IMG/VR virus record: IMGVR_UViG_3300032282_004167
Strand: one strand, 5' to 3'
Length of the DNA stretch: 64,000 nucleotides
Origin: an uncultured virus (IMG/VR IMGVR_UViG_3300032282_004167)
Lineage: Duplodnaviria; Heunggongvirae; Uroviricota; Caudoviricetes
Shown here: piece by piece, positions 37,997 through 46,827 of the stretch
How positions within the stretch are numbered: position 1 is the stretch's first letter
How the letters are laid out: each line of letters starts with the position of its first letter
Notes under the pieces: generated by a model
Seen by the model: the letters and a program-made list of their open reading frames with translations, nothing else
Told to the model about the DNA's origin: nothing
Databases searched by the model: none
Made by a program: the position numbers and the translations under genes

Positions 37997-38545
37997 ATGT
38001 GCGCCCGGACAAGAACTTCACGTTCGCTTCGCGATATTCGTAATCGATTTCTTACTCAGCTTGATTATCGTATTTCTGAGCCATCTTCTCAGTACTCTTA
38101 TCCTGGTTCTACTATTCCTTTCGTTATTAAGGGTAAAGAAGTAGACCGAGTTCTGTCTTCTTCTACTTGGGGATACCCACTTAATAACGATACCAATAAG
38201 TATATTTATAACGCCAGGATTGAAAACGTTCCTACTAAATCTTTCTGGCATCCTTATCAGAATTCTCGCGTACTAATTCCTGTTACTTCTTTCTTTGAGA
38301 AAGATGAATGGTTTGCGCCCAAAGACCATAATCTTATTGCTCTTGGCGGCTTGTATATGCGCGATACATATTTCAGGTCCTTGATCGTTTGTACTACTCC
38401 TTCAGTTCAACCTGATATGATTGCTAGCAATTCACGCATGCCTGTTGTGATTCATCAAGATCAATGGTCTGATTGGCTTGATCCAACTCACGATATTAAC
38501 GGTTTTGATTTTGTTTCCGAAGGATATATTAAAGAAAATGCCTAA
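37997..38545 (+). CDS. SRAP/YedK (SOS response-associated peptidase, abasic-site binding) family protein
   Basis: MC start at 37997, YNARIENV, RVLIPVTSFFE, RMPVVI, WL. Confidence 0.8.
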   Translation: MCARTRTSRSLRDIRNRFLTQLDYRISEPSSQYSYPGSTIPFVIKGKEVDRVLSSSTWGYPLNNDTNKYIYNARIENVPTKSFWHPYQNSRVLIPVTSFFEKDEWFAPKDHNLIALGGLYMRDTYFRSLIVCTTPSVQPDMIASNSRMPVVIHQDQWSDWLDPTHDINGFDFVSEGYIKENA

Positions 38546-39071
38546 CTTTCTTATTCAGCGAGATAATGGTTTTTATCGTCTTGCTTATCAACATTGTTTT
38601 TCTGATACAGGCGAAATCACTAACTATTATATCGATAAAAGTGGAGCTCTTTGTGGCTCTATTGCTCCTTTTGGCATGCATTCTCTTGACGAATTAATGG
38701 AAGTATTAGTCAAGCTTGATACGATAACTTTGGATGAAGAGCATGCTCTTCGTCTTTCTACAGGTAAACTTTATGTTTGGCTCCATAAACTTAAGTCTCT
38801 CCCGTTGATTAGTCTTTCCATAGTCAAAACAACCATTCCCGATATTGCTGCAAAATTTGACAGTTTTATTACTGAATATAAAGAACAGTCTTTCGATCCC
38901 TTGTTTAGCTATGCTTTGTTCTCCATGTATGGTGAATATCATGATCATATCATCGCTGCCATTAAGTTCATGAAGCCTTGGGACTCTATTCCTTGTGGTG
39001 ATCCCCTGGTGCCTCCAGGGATTAAAGATTATGTTGCTTTTCTCTTAGGCCTTATCGAAAATGCTTGGTGA
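38517..39071 (+). CDS. Hypothetical protein
   Basis: Long ORF. True start likely the ATG near 38538. Confidence 0.5.
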   Translation, partial: PKDILKKMPNFLIQRDNGFYRLAYQHCFSDTGEITNYYIDKSGALCGSIAPFGMHSLDELMEVLVKLDTITLDEEHALRLSTGKLYVWLHKLKSLPLISLSIVKTTIPDIAAKFDSFITEYKEQSFDPLFSYALFSMYGEYHDHIIAAIKFMKPWDSIPCGDPLVPPGIKDYVAFLLGLIENAW

Positions 39072-39309
39072 GTTTCCTCAGCAGCACATGGTCAAAATAC
39101 TACAAGCTGCAAAATCTATTCTTAATGAAGATGAATCCAATTACCAGCAGATTATTGATTCTGTCAACCCAGAACAAGTACTCCAATTCGCTTCTGTAGC
39201 AATTGGTTGTTTTATTTCTGCTCTTGAGTCTTATGCTGCTCTCGGTAAATATGATATTAACGAACTTCTCGAGTTTTACATTAAGTCAATAAGTTCTACT
39301 TTTAATTGA
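39061..39309 (+). CDS. Hypothetical protein
   Basis: 82 aa, in the operon. Confidence 0.5.
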   Translation: MLGEFPQQHMVKILQAAKSILNEDESNYQQIIDSVNPEQVLQFASVAIGCFISALESYAALGKYDINELLEFYIKSISSTFN

Positions 39310-39364
39310 TTTAATCCTTAATCTTTGTTATCATTACTTACCCTAAACAAAAGAGGTTTATCAA

Positions 39365-39631
39365 ATGTCATTCAAGCTAAAAGAATTATCTTACCCACGT
39401 ACATTCGGTATTCTTGAATATGTTTTTGTAATGCTAATATGTTGGCCTATTCAAGCTTACTTAGCTATGATTGGTCTTGACATACTCAATCATCATCATT
39501 TCCCTGTTCCTCATCCGAACTACTGGAATTCTTTTTTGATCTCATTGGCTTTTGATTTTGTGTTAACTTCGGCAATTTTTACCAAAATCATGGTCTATAC
39601 ATTTATTAAACACTTTTATGATTCGAAGTGA
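39365..39631 (+). CDS. Small membrane protein
   Basis: Two TM segments. Confidence 0.55.
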   Translation: MSFKLKELSYPRTFGILEYVFVMLICWPIQAYLAMIGLDILNHHHFPVPHPNYWNSFLISLAFDFVLTSAIFTKIMVYTFIKHFYDSK

Positions 39632-39879
39632 CCCCCATGCCTTGGCGGATTTACAAGAATGCTATAGAATGCAAGACTTGTGGAAAAGTTATAGAGTCTC
39701 AGAGTGTTCACGACTTTAGATGGTGTAACTGTCCTCCAGGCAGTGATACACGCTGTGCTGTAGATGGCGGTTATTACTATCTCAAGCGTGTTGGCAGCGG
39801 CAATTGGATCGAACGCTCAGAGAGTGGATTCGAGCCTGATGACTGGGGCAGTAGCCTTATCGATGATTGTGACAATTGA
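39628..39879 (+). CDS. Phage Zn-binding protein
   Basis: NAIECKTCG.VIES...HDF..C.C....AVDGG..YLKR. Confidence 0.7.
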   Translation: MTPMPWRIYKNAIECKTCGKVIESQSVHDFRWCNCPPGSDTRCAVDGGYYYLKRVGSGNWIERSESGFEPDDWGSSLIDDCDN

Positions 39880-39910
39880 TAATCTTTTACGTTAGGATCG
39901 TGTATTCTGA

Positions 39911-40192
39911 ATGACAACTACAAACATTGATATCGATGATGAAGATATCGTTCAAGAACTTCGTGATTGGGCCTTTATCGCTAATGGCGTTCAGGGCAGA
40001 GCAAATCTCGTAATGCTTTCAGGTACGATATTCTCCGATGCTGCTTGCGAAATCGAGACTTTGCGCAAGCATAAGGCTCATCTACTTGATGCATTTCTTG
40101 AGCTTAAGGAACAGTTGAGTGAGATGGCCAAGAAAAATACTTTTCTCAGTCACGAACTCAAAGCTCTTCAGTCCAGACTGGACTATGCATGA
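39911..40192 (+). CDS. Coiled-coil phage protein (DIV.ELR...AA.EIE.LR type)
   Basis: A short paralog (MKQDIVETLR...AADEIERLR) follows at about 40189-40332. Confidence 0.55.
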   Translation: MTTTNIDIDDEDIVQELRDWAFIANGVQGRANLVMLSGTIFSDAACEIETLRKHKAHLLDAFLELKEQLSEMAKKNTFLSHELKALQSRLDYA

Positions 40193-40328
40193 AGCAGGAT
40201 ATCGTAGAAACACTTCGTACCTGGAAGGGCAAAGCCCTTACTCCTGTGATAATGAACAAGGCCGCAGACGAAATTGAGCGTCTCCGCAAGATCATTGAGT
40301 CCTTGTCGAACAACCTTGAGGCACACTC

Positions 40329-40691
40329 ATGACTCATGTAATTCATAACACCCTTGTTGGTTCATTGGAAGAAATGCTGTATCATTACAGGTTTTCCCAA
40401 CAACCTGTTGCCACCGTGGAGAATTTCGGCGTAGAAATTATTGGATATTTTAATCACGGCCCCAAAGGTGCACATTTCTTGGTCAAGCAAATTGACCTAA
40501 GTGTTGAAGCCCCTAGATTAGAATATTGTCTCTACCAGCATTCACCAGCCTTTGAAGAAATGTTCCATATCCGTAAGATCCAAACATGGTTGTCTCACGG
40601 TGCAAAGTTTCCGCCCCATACACAAGCAGCTACACTTGTGATAAGATGGATACAGAATAACTTATTGGAAAATAATGGAGACATGTTATGA
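40329..40691 (+). CDS. Hypothetical protein
   Basis: 120 aa, overlaps the upstream gene end. Confidence 0.55.
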   Translation: MTHVIHNTLVGSLEEMLYHYRFSQQPVATVENFGVEIIGYFNHGPKGAHFLVKQIDLSVEAPRLEYCLYQHSPAFEEMFHIRKIQTWLSHGAKFPPHTQAATLVIRWIQNNLLENNGDML

Positions 40692-40909
40692 GCGATATGC
40701 TGAATGCTTTGAGACAGTTGTATGATCAAGTTGTTGAAGGTGAACCGCTAGATCTTGATGTCATTGATGACGTCATTTTGTACATACAATCCCTTGAACA
40801 AATTGTTGATTATTATGAGAATAAACAAGGATCGTGACCTTTTTTCAAAAAGAGGGGAACACCAAAATAGTTGAGAAAAAATAATCTTTAAAAAAATAGA
40901 GATTTCGGA

Positions 40910-41182
40910 TTGGAAAATATGAGTGATACCCTTTGGACATGGTTGCTCTTTCTGATGGAAATCTTTGGTGTTTTGGGAATGTTCTTCGCTGGTCGCTACC
41001 ATTGGTGGGGCTGGCTGATAGTATTACTCCATTCAATTCCTTGGTTTATTTATTCCATAACTCATAACAAACCAGGCTTTATTGCAATGTCTGCACTATG
41101 GTGGACTATGCATGCATATAACGCTATAACTTGGCGAAGAAAAACAAAACAAACTGTACGTAAGGATTTCAATGTCAGCTAA
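40910..41182 (+). CDS. Small three-TM membrane protein (PnuC-like half)
   Basis: GV.GM..AG..WWGW......PW..YS.....GF pattern. Confidence 0.55.
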   Translation: MENMSDTLWTWLLFLMEIFGVLGMFFAGRYHWWGWLIVLLHSIPWFIYSITHNKPGFIAMSALWWTMHAYNAITWRRKTKQTVRKDFNVS

Positions 41183-41480
41183 CAAGACTGCTACCGTCTT
41201 ACTCACCGACGTAGATGAGCAGAGCTTAGGAGATATGCCTAGGCTTAGACTTGCTCTTTCTTCTGGTGTTCTATTTCTTACTGTTGTGAAAGAAACAGAC
41301 AACGGTACGGGCTGGACGCTTGAAAACATCGTTGAGTTGGGCATTGACTATTCCAATTTTCTTCAAGCTCTTCGTCTTATTGAGAATGAAGAAGATATTG
41401 TCAATAATCCTTATGACATGTCCGAACTGCTGCACAACGCCAGCAAGTTGCGCCCAAGCAATCTGCCTGCTACACTGTAG
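41172..41480 (+). CDS. Hypothetical protein
   Basis: 102 aa, AAGGA RBS. Confidence 0.55.
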   Translation: MSANKTATVLLTDVDEQSLGDMPRLRLALSSGVLFLTVVKETDNGTGWTLENIVELGIDYSNFLQALRLIENEEDIVNNPYDMSELLHNASKLRPSNLPATL

Positions 41481-41493
41481 CATGGCTGATCAT

Positions 41494-41714
41494 GGAGTCA
41501 TGGCGGAATAGGCAGACGCGAAGGACTTATCGTTTATTTCTTCCCCTATATGTCTCCGTCTGTGCATGACAATTTGGACAAAGTAATCTACGTCCTAGTA
41601 TCCCAACCGGCAGAGGAAGAGGTCTTAAAAACCTTACAGTGAGGGTTCGAATCCCTTCTAGGGCACTGTACAACTAGTGATAGAGTGTGAGTTCGATTCC
41701 CACTGACCCTACCA
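41494..41714 (+). pseudogene. Split or degenerate tRNA-Leu whose halves flank an intact tRNA
   Basis: 5' half GGAGTCATGGCGGAATAGGCAGACGCGAAGGACTTA (41494-41529). 3' half ...GTGAGTTCGATTCCCACTGACCCTACCA ends at 41714. Confidence 0.65.
41592..41665 (+). tRNA. tRNA-Leu(UAA), short variable loop
   Basis: GTCCTAG/CTAGGGC acceptor, GAGGT-CTTAAAA-ACCTT anticodon arm, GAGGG-TTCGAAT-CCCTT T arm. Confidence 0.9.
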
Positions 41715-41741
41715 ATTACTTTAATTCTTAGGAGCATTTAC

Positions 41742-41936
41742 ATGGCATTAAAAATAACCAAGCATCAAATTCATCTCGTTACCGACCCACAAACTTTTGA
41801 CACTCATTTTGTTGTCGATAACAATGTTCTTCTCACGCTTACTCTTGACGCTCTTGAACAACTTCATTTTGATATCGAACAAGTTCTTCCTCGGCTTCGT
41901 CAACAAGCTGGATCGAATAGGCCAACCGATGACTAA
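41742..41936 (+). CDS. Hypothetical protein
   Basis: AGGAG RBS, 64 aa. Confidence 0.55.
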   Translation: MALKITKHQIHLVTDPQTFDTHFVVDNNVLLTLTLDALEQLHFDIEQVLPRLRQQAGSNRPTDD

Positions 41937-42450
41937 TTTTGATCCTGTTGAGTTTGCTCATATCATTTTTGATGTTTATAAGCAATTGAAAATTCATATG
42001 TGCACTTCTGCTGTTGAAGAAGAGAATACTCCTATTCCTATCATTCAATGGCTTGGTCACGATGGTAATGTAGAGATCATGGGCTACGATTATGACACTT
42101 CTCGACTTGCTGAAGTTGTTGTAAGTCTTAGGGAAAAACATGGTTCTCCACTTGCTATTGCTTTTTCTAGCGATGCTCGCTACAGAATCCTTGACGCCAA
42201 AGATGTTGATAACGATAAGATCAAGAATTATCAGAAGGGCCAAATGCTCCAAGATTTTCTTGAGGGCGATATGACCGTAAAAGATGCACTTATCACCGTC
42301 GTAAATACCCCTACTGAGTCTCATAGTCTTATGACTCAGTACAGTTATGATGACCAAGGTCTCCCTGTCTTTGAGGAACCTGTTCATACTACTACCTACA
42401 GTGGTCTTGTAAGCGAGAGTCTTGCGCACGCTTTTGCTTCCCTAAACTAA
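41929..42450 (+). CDS. Hypothetical protein
   Basis: Likely starts at MTNFDPVEF, overlapping the previous stop. Confidence 0.6.
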   Translation: MTNFDPVEFAHIIFDVYKQLKIHMCTSAVEEENTPIPIIQWLGHDGNVEIMGYDYDTSRLAEVVVSLREKHGSPLAIAFSSDARYRILDAKDVDNDKIKNYQKGQMLQDFLEGDMTVKDALITVVNTPTESHSLMTQYSYDDQGLPVFEEPVHTTTYSGLVSESLAHAFASLN

Positions 42451-42463
42451 GGATAATCTAGCT

Positions 42464-42823
42464 ATGACAATTGTTTGGTCTTCTACTGAACATGACAAAC
42501 GTTGGAATAAAGAACGCTGCTATGCCTGTGATGTATTACTTATTCAGGTAGATCAATTTCATGGTGATTATCGTCAGTTTGAGAATGCACTAGAAGTTAC
42601 ATTCAATGGCGGCTATGCAGAATTTATAGATGTCATAGATGATCCCAATCCATACAATGCTTATATCTGTCATGAATGCGCTCATGATCTATGTGAAAAG
42701 ATTCCTTGGATCAATCGTTTGATCAACCCCCACAAGAGTCATTCTCATAAAGCAGAATACGTAGAGGCTAACCCTGACCATTTTGGTTGGGATTATGATT
42801 ACAGAGCAGAAAATGGCAAGTAA
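42464..42823 (+). CDS. Zn-binding hypothetical protein
   Basis: CYAC...GGYAEFID...ICHECA. Confidence 0.6.
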   Translation: MTIVWSSTEHDKRWNKERCYACDVLLIQVDQFHGDYRQFENALEVTFNGGYAEFIDVIDDPNPYNAYICHECAHDLCEKIPWINRLINPHKSHSHKAEYVEANPDHFGWDYDYRAENGK

Positions 42824-43121
42824 ACTCAGGGCTAGGCGTAGCACCGTTTCTACCTCTAAGATTCCTCCTATCGAATTCAAGTTAAGCTATCAAACTGCTG
42901 CTTCTTTGCATCACTTAATTTGTGCCCAATATGTCCATGCACAAAAACATGCTGCTCAAGGCAATGACTCTTTGCTGGAAGCTCTTGAAGTCATTGGTAG
43001 ATTTGCTGATGCTCTTTCTGAATATCTTGACAAATATCAATGATTATTTTTCTTTCTTCAAAGGAATTATTATCAATATCTGTTATAATACTTTGACTCA
43101 TAACAAAGGAATTAATTACAC

Positions 43122-43562
43122 ATGAAAATAACTGTCAAAAAGCTTTTTGTTCCTGTACTTGTAATAATTTTAGCTGTCATAGGATTTTCTCTTCTAACTT
43201 CCTGTGGAGATAAAATTACCTACGTAAATACCCCTACTACTTCTCCCTATGACACTACTGTGCCCTCTACTGTAGCATCAACTACTACGGTTACTTATTA
43301 TAGCACTGAACAACAGTTTGTTGATAATGTCCGAGCTACTCTTCAGCCTGGCACTTATTATGTCACCGACGAGCAATTGGTCAAAATTGCCAATATTGCT
43401 TGCAACGTTTTACGCACTGGCGGCACTGGGGCGGATCTTGCTTCTGCTCTAGTCGAAACTGTTTCCAATGATTTAGACCGTACCTTTATTGCTAAAGCAA
43501 CTGGTATGGGTGTTTCTTATGTCTGCCCAGAACTCAGTTACAGACTGAAGCTTACCTCCTGA
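43122..43562 (+). CDS. Lipoprotein with a DUF732-like domain
   Basis: Lipobox LLTSC, Thr-rich linker, F...V.......IA..AC..L..G....F.....V...CP. Confidence 0.7.
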   Translation: MKITVKKLFVPVLVIILAVIGFSLLTSCGDKITYVNTPTTSPYDTTVPSTVASTTTVTYYSTEQQFVDNVRATLQPGTYYVTDEQLVKIANIACNVLRTGGTGADLASALVETVSNDLDRTFIAKATGMGVSYVCPELSYRLKLTS

Positions 43563-43564
43563 CT

Positions 43565-44560
43565 ATGCCTACCGTATTAGTTACTGGCGCAAGTGGTTTT
43601 GTTGGCCATCATGTTGTTGAGCACATCCTTGTCAACACTGACTGGAATGTAATAGGTACTTATACCTATCAACATCGTGGTGACCCTTGGAGACTGGCTC
43701 ATCTCGTTGACAATCCTAGACTTACTCTGTTAAAACTTGACTGTTCTGCTCCTTGGGGTAGAATTGGTCAATCATTATACGGTAAAGTAGATTATGTTTT
43801 TAATATTGCAAGTCAATCCCATGTTGACAGAAGTATAGAAGATCCAGTTCCGTTTATTCAGAACAATGTTAATCTTGCTCTTCATACTCTTGAATGGGCT
43901 AGATTAGCAAAGCCTAAGTTATTTTTGCAGTTCAGTACCGATGAAGTATATGGCCCTGCATTTAATGGTCAACTCCATGCTGAATGGTCATCTATTCTTC
44001 CATCTAATCCCTACTCTGCTTCTAAGGCAGCTCAGGAAGATATTGCTATTAGTTATTGGCGCACTTATGGTGTACCTTTAGTCATCACTAATACCATGAA
44101 CGTGATTGGTGAGCGCCAAGATGCAGAGAAATTTGTTCCTCTGTTAATTGATAATATTCGCAATAGCAACTCAGTTCCCATTCATGCCAGTGCATCGGGA
44201 GAACCAGGCTCTCGTTTCTACATTCACGCAAGAAATGTAGCAGATGCTTTAGTATTTCTTGTTAATTATTATAAAGCTGGTCCTCCGTTATACACTGAAG
44301 ATTTGATTACTTCTCCTTCTCGCTATAACATAGTCGGAGAAAAAGAAGTAGATAACCTTACTCTTAGCCGTGAAGTTGCAAATATTCTTGGTAAAGAGTT
44401 AGATTATCATCTTGTCAATTTCCATTCGGCTAGACCTGGCCATGATCGTAGATACGCCCTTGATGGTACGCTGCTTGCCGAAATTGGTTGGACTCCTCCA
44501 GTAGATTTTTATAAGTCTCTCCGTTCTACTGTAAATTGGCATGTTCGACACGATTTGTGA
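43565..44560 (+). CDS. NAD-dependent nucleotide-sugar 4,6-dehydratase (RmlB-like)
   Basis: VTGASGFVG, SHVDRS, STDEVYG, YSASK, RPGHDRRY. Confidence 0.9.
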   Translation: MPTVLVTGASGFVGHHVVEHILVNTDWNVIGTYTYQHRGDPWRLAHLVDNPRLTLLKLDCSAPWGRIGQSLYGKVDYVFNIASQSHVDRSIEDPVPFIQNNVNLALHTLEWARLAKPKLFLQFSTDEVYGPAFNGQLHAEWSSILPSNPYSASKAAQEDIAISYWRTYGVPLVITNTMNVIGERQDAEKFVPLLIDNIRNSNSVPIHASASGEPGSRFYIHARNVADALVFLVNYYKAGPPLYTEDLITSPSRYNIVGEKEVDNLTLSREVANILGKELDYHLVNFHSARPGHDRRYALDGTLLAEIGWTPPVDFYKSLRSTVNWHVRHDL

Positions 44561-44612
44561 GTTAACCAAAAAATAGAATATAGTAGCTATAACTTATCTA
44601 AGGTAGGACCAG

Positions 44613-45194
44613 ATGCCCAAGCATAGTCCCGAATATGATTTTCTTGTTAACCATCTTAATTCTCATACATGGATTTCTGCTTCCACTATCATAAATGATC
44701 TTCTTGATCAAGTTACTCCGGCGCGAGCGAAGCGAGCGTTTAAGAAGGAATATCCTTTCATAAATTCTCCTGATATTGATCAGTTCAACGCAGGTGCTTT
44801 AGTACTTATTGCTCATGCAATTCAAGAAGCAGAAACTGATGGAAAAATTCAGGTTCGTAGAGGAAAATTCATGCATGTTTCTGCCGTTAATCAATGGTGG
44901 ATTCGTCCTTTGTATGTTCGCTCTTCGTACGTTGAGTCTCTCCTCCATGATTTTAGAGTGAACTCTAGACCTGTTGATATCGAACTAAATATCGATATTC
45001 TTTCTTTGTCTCGTTTTATGACTGTTGCATGTGTCGATGACAAAATTCATCTCACTTTTAATGACAACAATTCTTCTTTTGGTTTCTTCAAAGTCCTTAT
45101 GTCTTCAACGGCAGCTATAGAACTTGCTGATCAACTTCAGAAAAATGCCCTATCTTCATCTGCTATTCTTGGCGATGATTTACTAGATCTTTAA
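44613..45194 (+). CDS. Hypothetical protein
   Basis: 193 aa. Confidence 0.55.
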   Translation: MPKHSPEYDFLVNHLNSHTWISASTIINDLLDQVTPARAKRAFKKEYPFINSPDIDQFNAGALVLIAHAIQEAETDGKIQVRRGKFMHVSAVNQWWIRPLYVRSSYVESLLHDFRVNSRPVDIELNIDILSLSRFMTVACVDDKIHLTFNDNNSSFGFFKVLMSSTAAIELADQLQKNALSSSAILGDDLLDL

Positions 45195-45326
45195 TATTCT
45201 TTAATGCACTAGTTGCAAAAAAGAAGGGAAATGCTATGTTTCCCTTTAACCACACATAACACCAGACAACCATTTAACTTACACTAGCTATTTGTCTGGT
45301 CCAAGCTATAAGGATACAATACCACC

Positions 45327-46358
45327 ATGTCAACTTTCAGCATGTTTATTGATGATATCATTACTGATGATCTTTCCGGTTTCGAAGGCGGTAATACGCC
45401 TTTTGCAATCGCTGGAGAGACTACAACTGTTTACGCTAACGAGTGGACAGTAACTCGTGAAGACATTATTGTCGGCGGTAAAACGTTTACGTTTGACGTC
45501 CGATACAAGTTCGTCAATCCTATCCTATCTTCGGTTGCTCTTCGCATGACAAACGCTGTTACTCGCAACAACCGTATTGACTTCAACGCTACTGTCGTCT
45601 CTAAGCGAGAGCTTCAGGTTCTCGTTGGTAGCGATTGGATTGACATTAGCGATATGTGCGTTTCTGCTCTTCGCAAGGCAAATCCCAACATTGCAAAGTC
45701 CGATGCTGACATTATTCTTGATCTCCGCCCTTATGGTCTAGATTTCACCGGACAGTTGCCCATGTACCTCCAGCACCTGGGAGCTAATCAGGCTGCTTTT
45801 GAACAGCTTGCTGACCAGTTCATCGCTCTCGGTGCTCGTGACAACACGACCCAGGTTCGCGCCCGTGGACAGCGTTCCACGTTGATCAAGAGCCTTCGTC
45901 ACGATGAGGGCGTTGCTATTGCTTCTCTTGAAGTCAGCAAAGCTGACCGTAGCCGTTCGGCAACGAACTCTGGATTTATTGGATTCCTTGATGCAAGTTG
46001 GGGAACTCTTCAGCGTATTATTTCTGTCGACCGTCAGCGAAGCGCTTTGCGCAAGGCTCTTGAGATGGATCCCACCAATGCTACAGCAGCAGCAAAGGAA
46101 GCTGAAATTCGTCAGATCTTCTCCAGTGCACAGCGTCTTCGCGCATTCCGCAACTGGGGTGGAACTTCTGCTATTTCTGATCCTTTGGATCAGGATAAGA
46201 TCTCCTATTACGCACAGCAGGTCCCTTGTGGTCGCCTGTCTGTAGCCACTGCTGAGGGCAATCAGCTGTGGTCTGTTTGGGGATCGCGTAACGACGAGAC
46301 CATCACTGAGGTTTCTACACTTTCAGCGCCTATCACCGCCGACGAAGAGCCTTTCTGA
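45327..46358 (+). CDS. Hypothetical protein with an SSB-like C-terminal tail (ADEEPF)
   Basis: 343 aa, variant motif upstream at 45217. Confidence 0.65.
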   Translation: MSTFSMFIDDIITDDLSGFEGGNTPFAIAGETTTVYANEWTVTREDIIVGGKTFTFDVRYKFVNPILSSVALRMTNAVTRNNRIDFNATVVSKRELQVLVGSDWIDISDMCVSALRKANPNIAKSDADIILDLRPYGLDFTGQLPMYLQHLGANQAAFEQLADQFIALGARDNTTQVRARGQRSTLIKSLRHDEGVAIASLEVSKADRSRSATNSGFIGFLDASWGTLQRIISVDRQRSALRKALEMDPTNATAAAKEAEIRQIFSSAQRLRAFRNWGGTSAISDPLDQDKISYYAQQVPCGRLSVATAEGNQLWSVWGSRNDETITEVSTLSAPITADEEPF

Positions 46359-46544
46359 TTTTAACACTGCTCAGTACTCTAGTCTGAGTATTGTTACAAG
46401 GTCTTACACTTGGTAGTGCCCTCACCCAGCATGCCTCACCCTGGCATGGACCTTGTTGGTGTGGAATAACTTTAAGATAGTTCCACACCATTTATCATAC
46501 GATTATGTACAAATAACTTATTGGATATTTATTCATAATGAGGT

Positions 46545-46766
46545 TTGTACATGCCAAAGCAGCATGGTTCCAAAACGATGATAGAACTCTTGAGTGAAAT
46601 TCGCTCAAAAGGTTTTACCGTTCACAAGAAGACTAAGACTGGTACCGTGAAGATTATTCCACCGGAAGGAGTCGATGGTCCTATTTACCATACACATGCT
46701 ACCGAATCAGCTATTCATCAAATACGACGAGATTTTGCTCGTTTGTACAACGTGAGAGTTGGTTAA
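46545..46766 (+). CDS. Small HicA/dsRBD-like protein
   Basis: GFTV.KK.K.G.VKI.PP......H.T pattern. Tentative. Confidence 0.4.
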   Translation: MYMPKQHGSKTMIELLSEIRSKGFTVHKKTKTGTVKIIPPEGVDGPIYHTHATESAIHQIRRDFARLYNVRVG

Positions 46767-46827
46767 AAAGAGGGGAGATTCACCCCTTTCACCCACCGCT
46801 ATATCCACATTAGAGTTAGGGCTTCTA

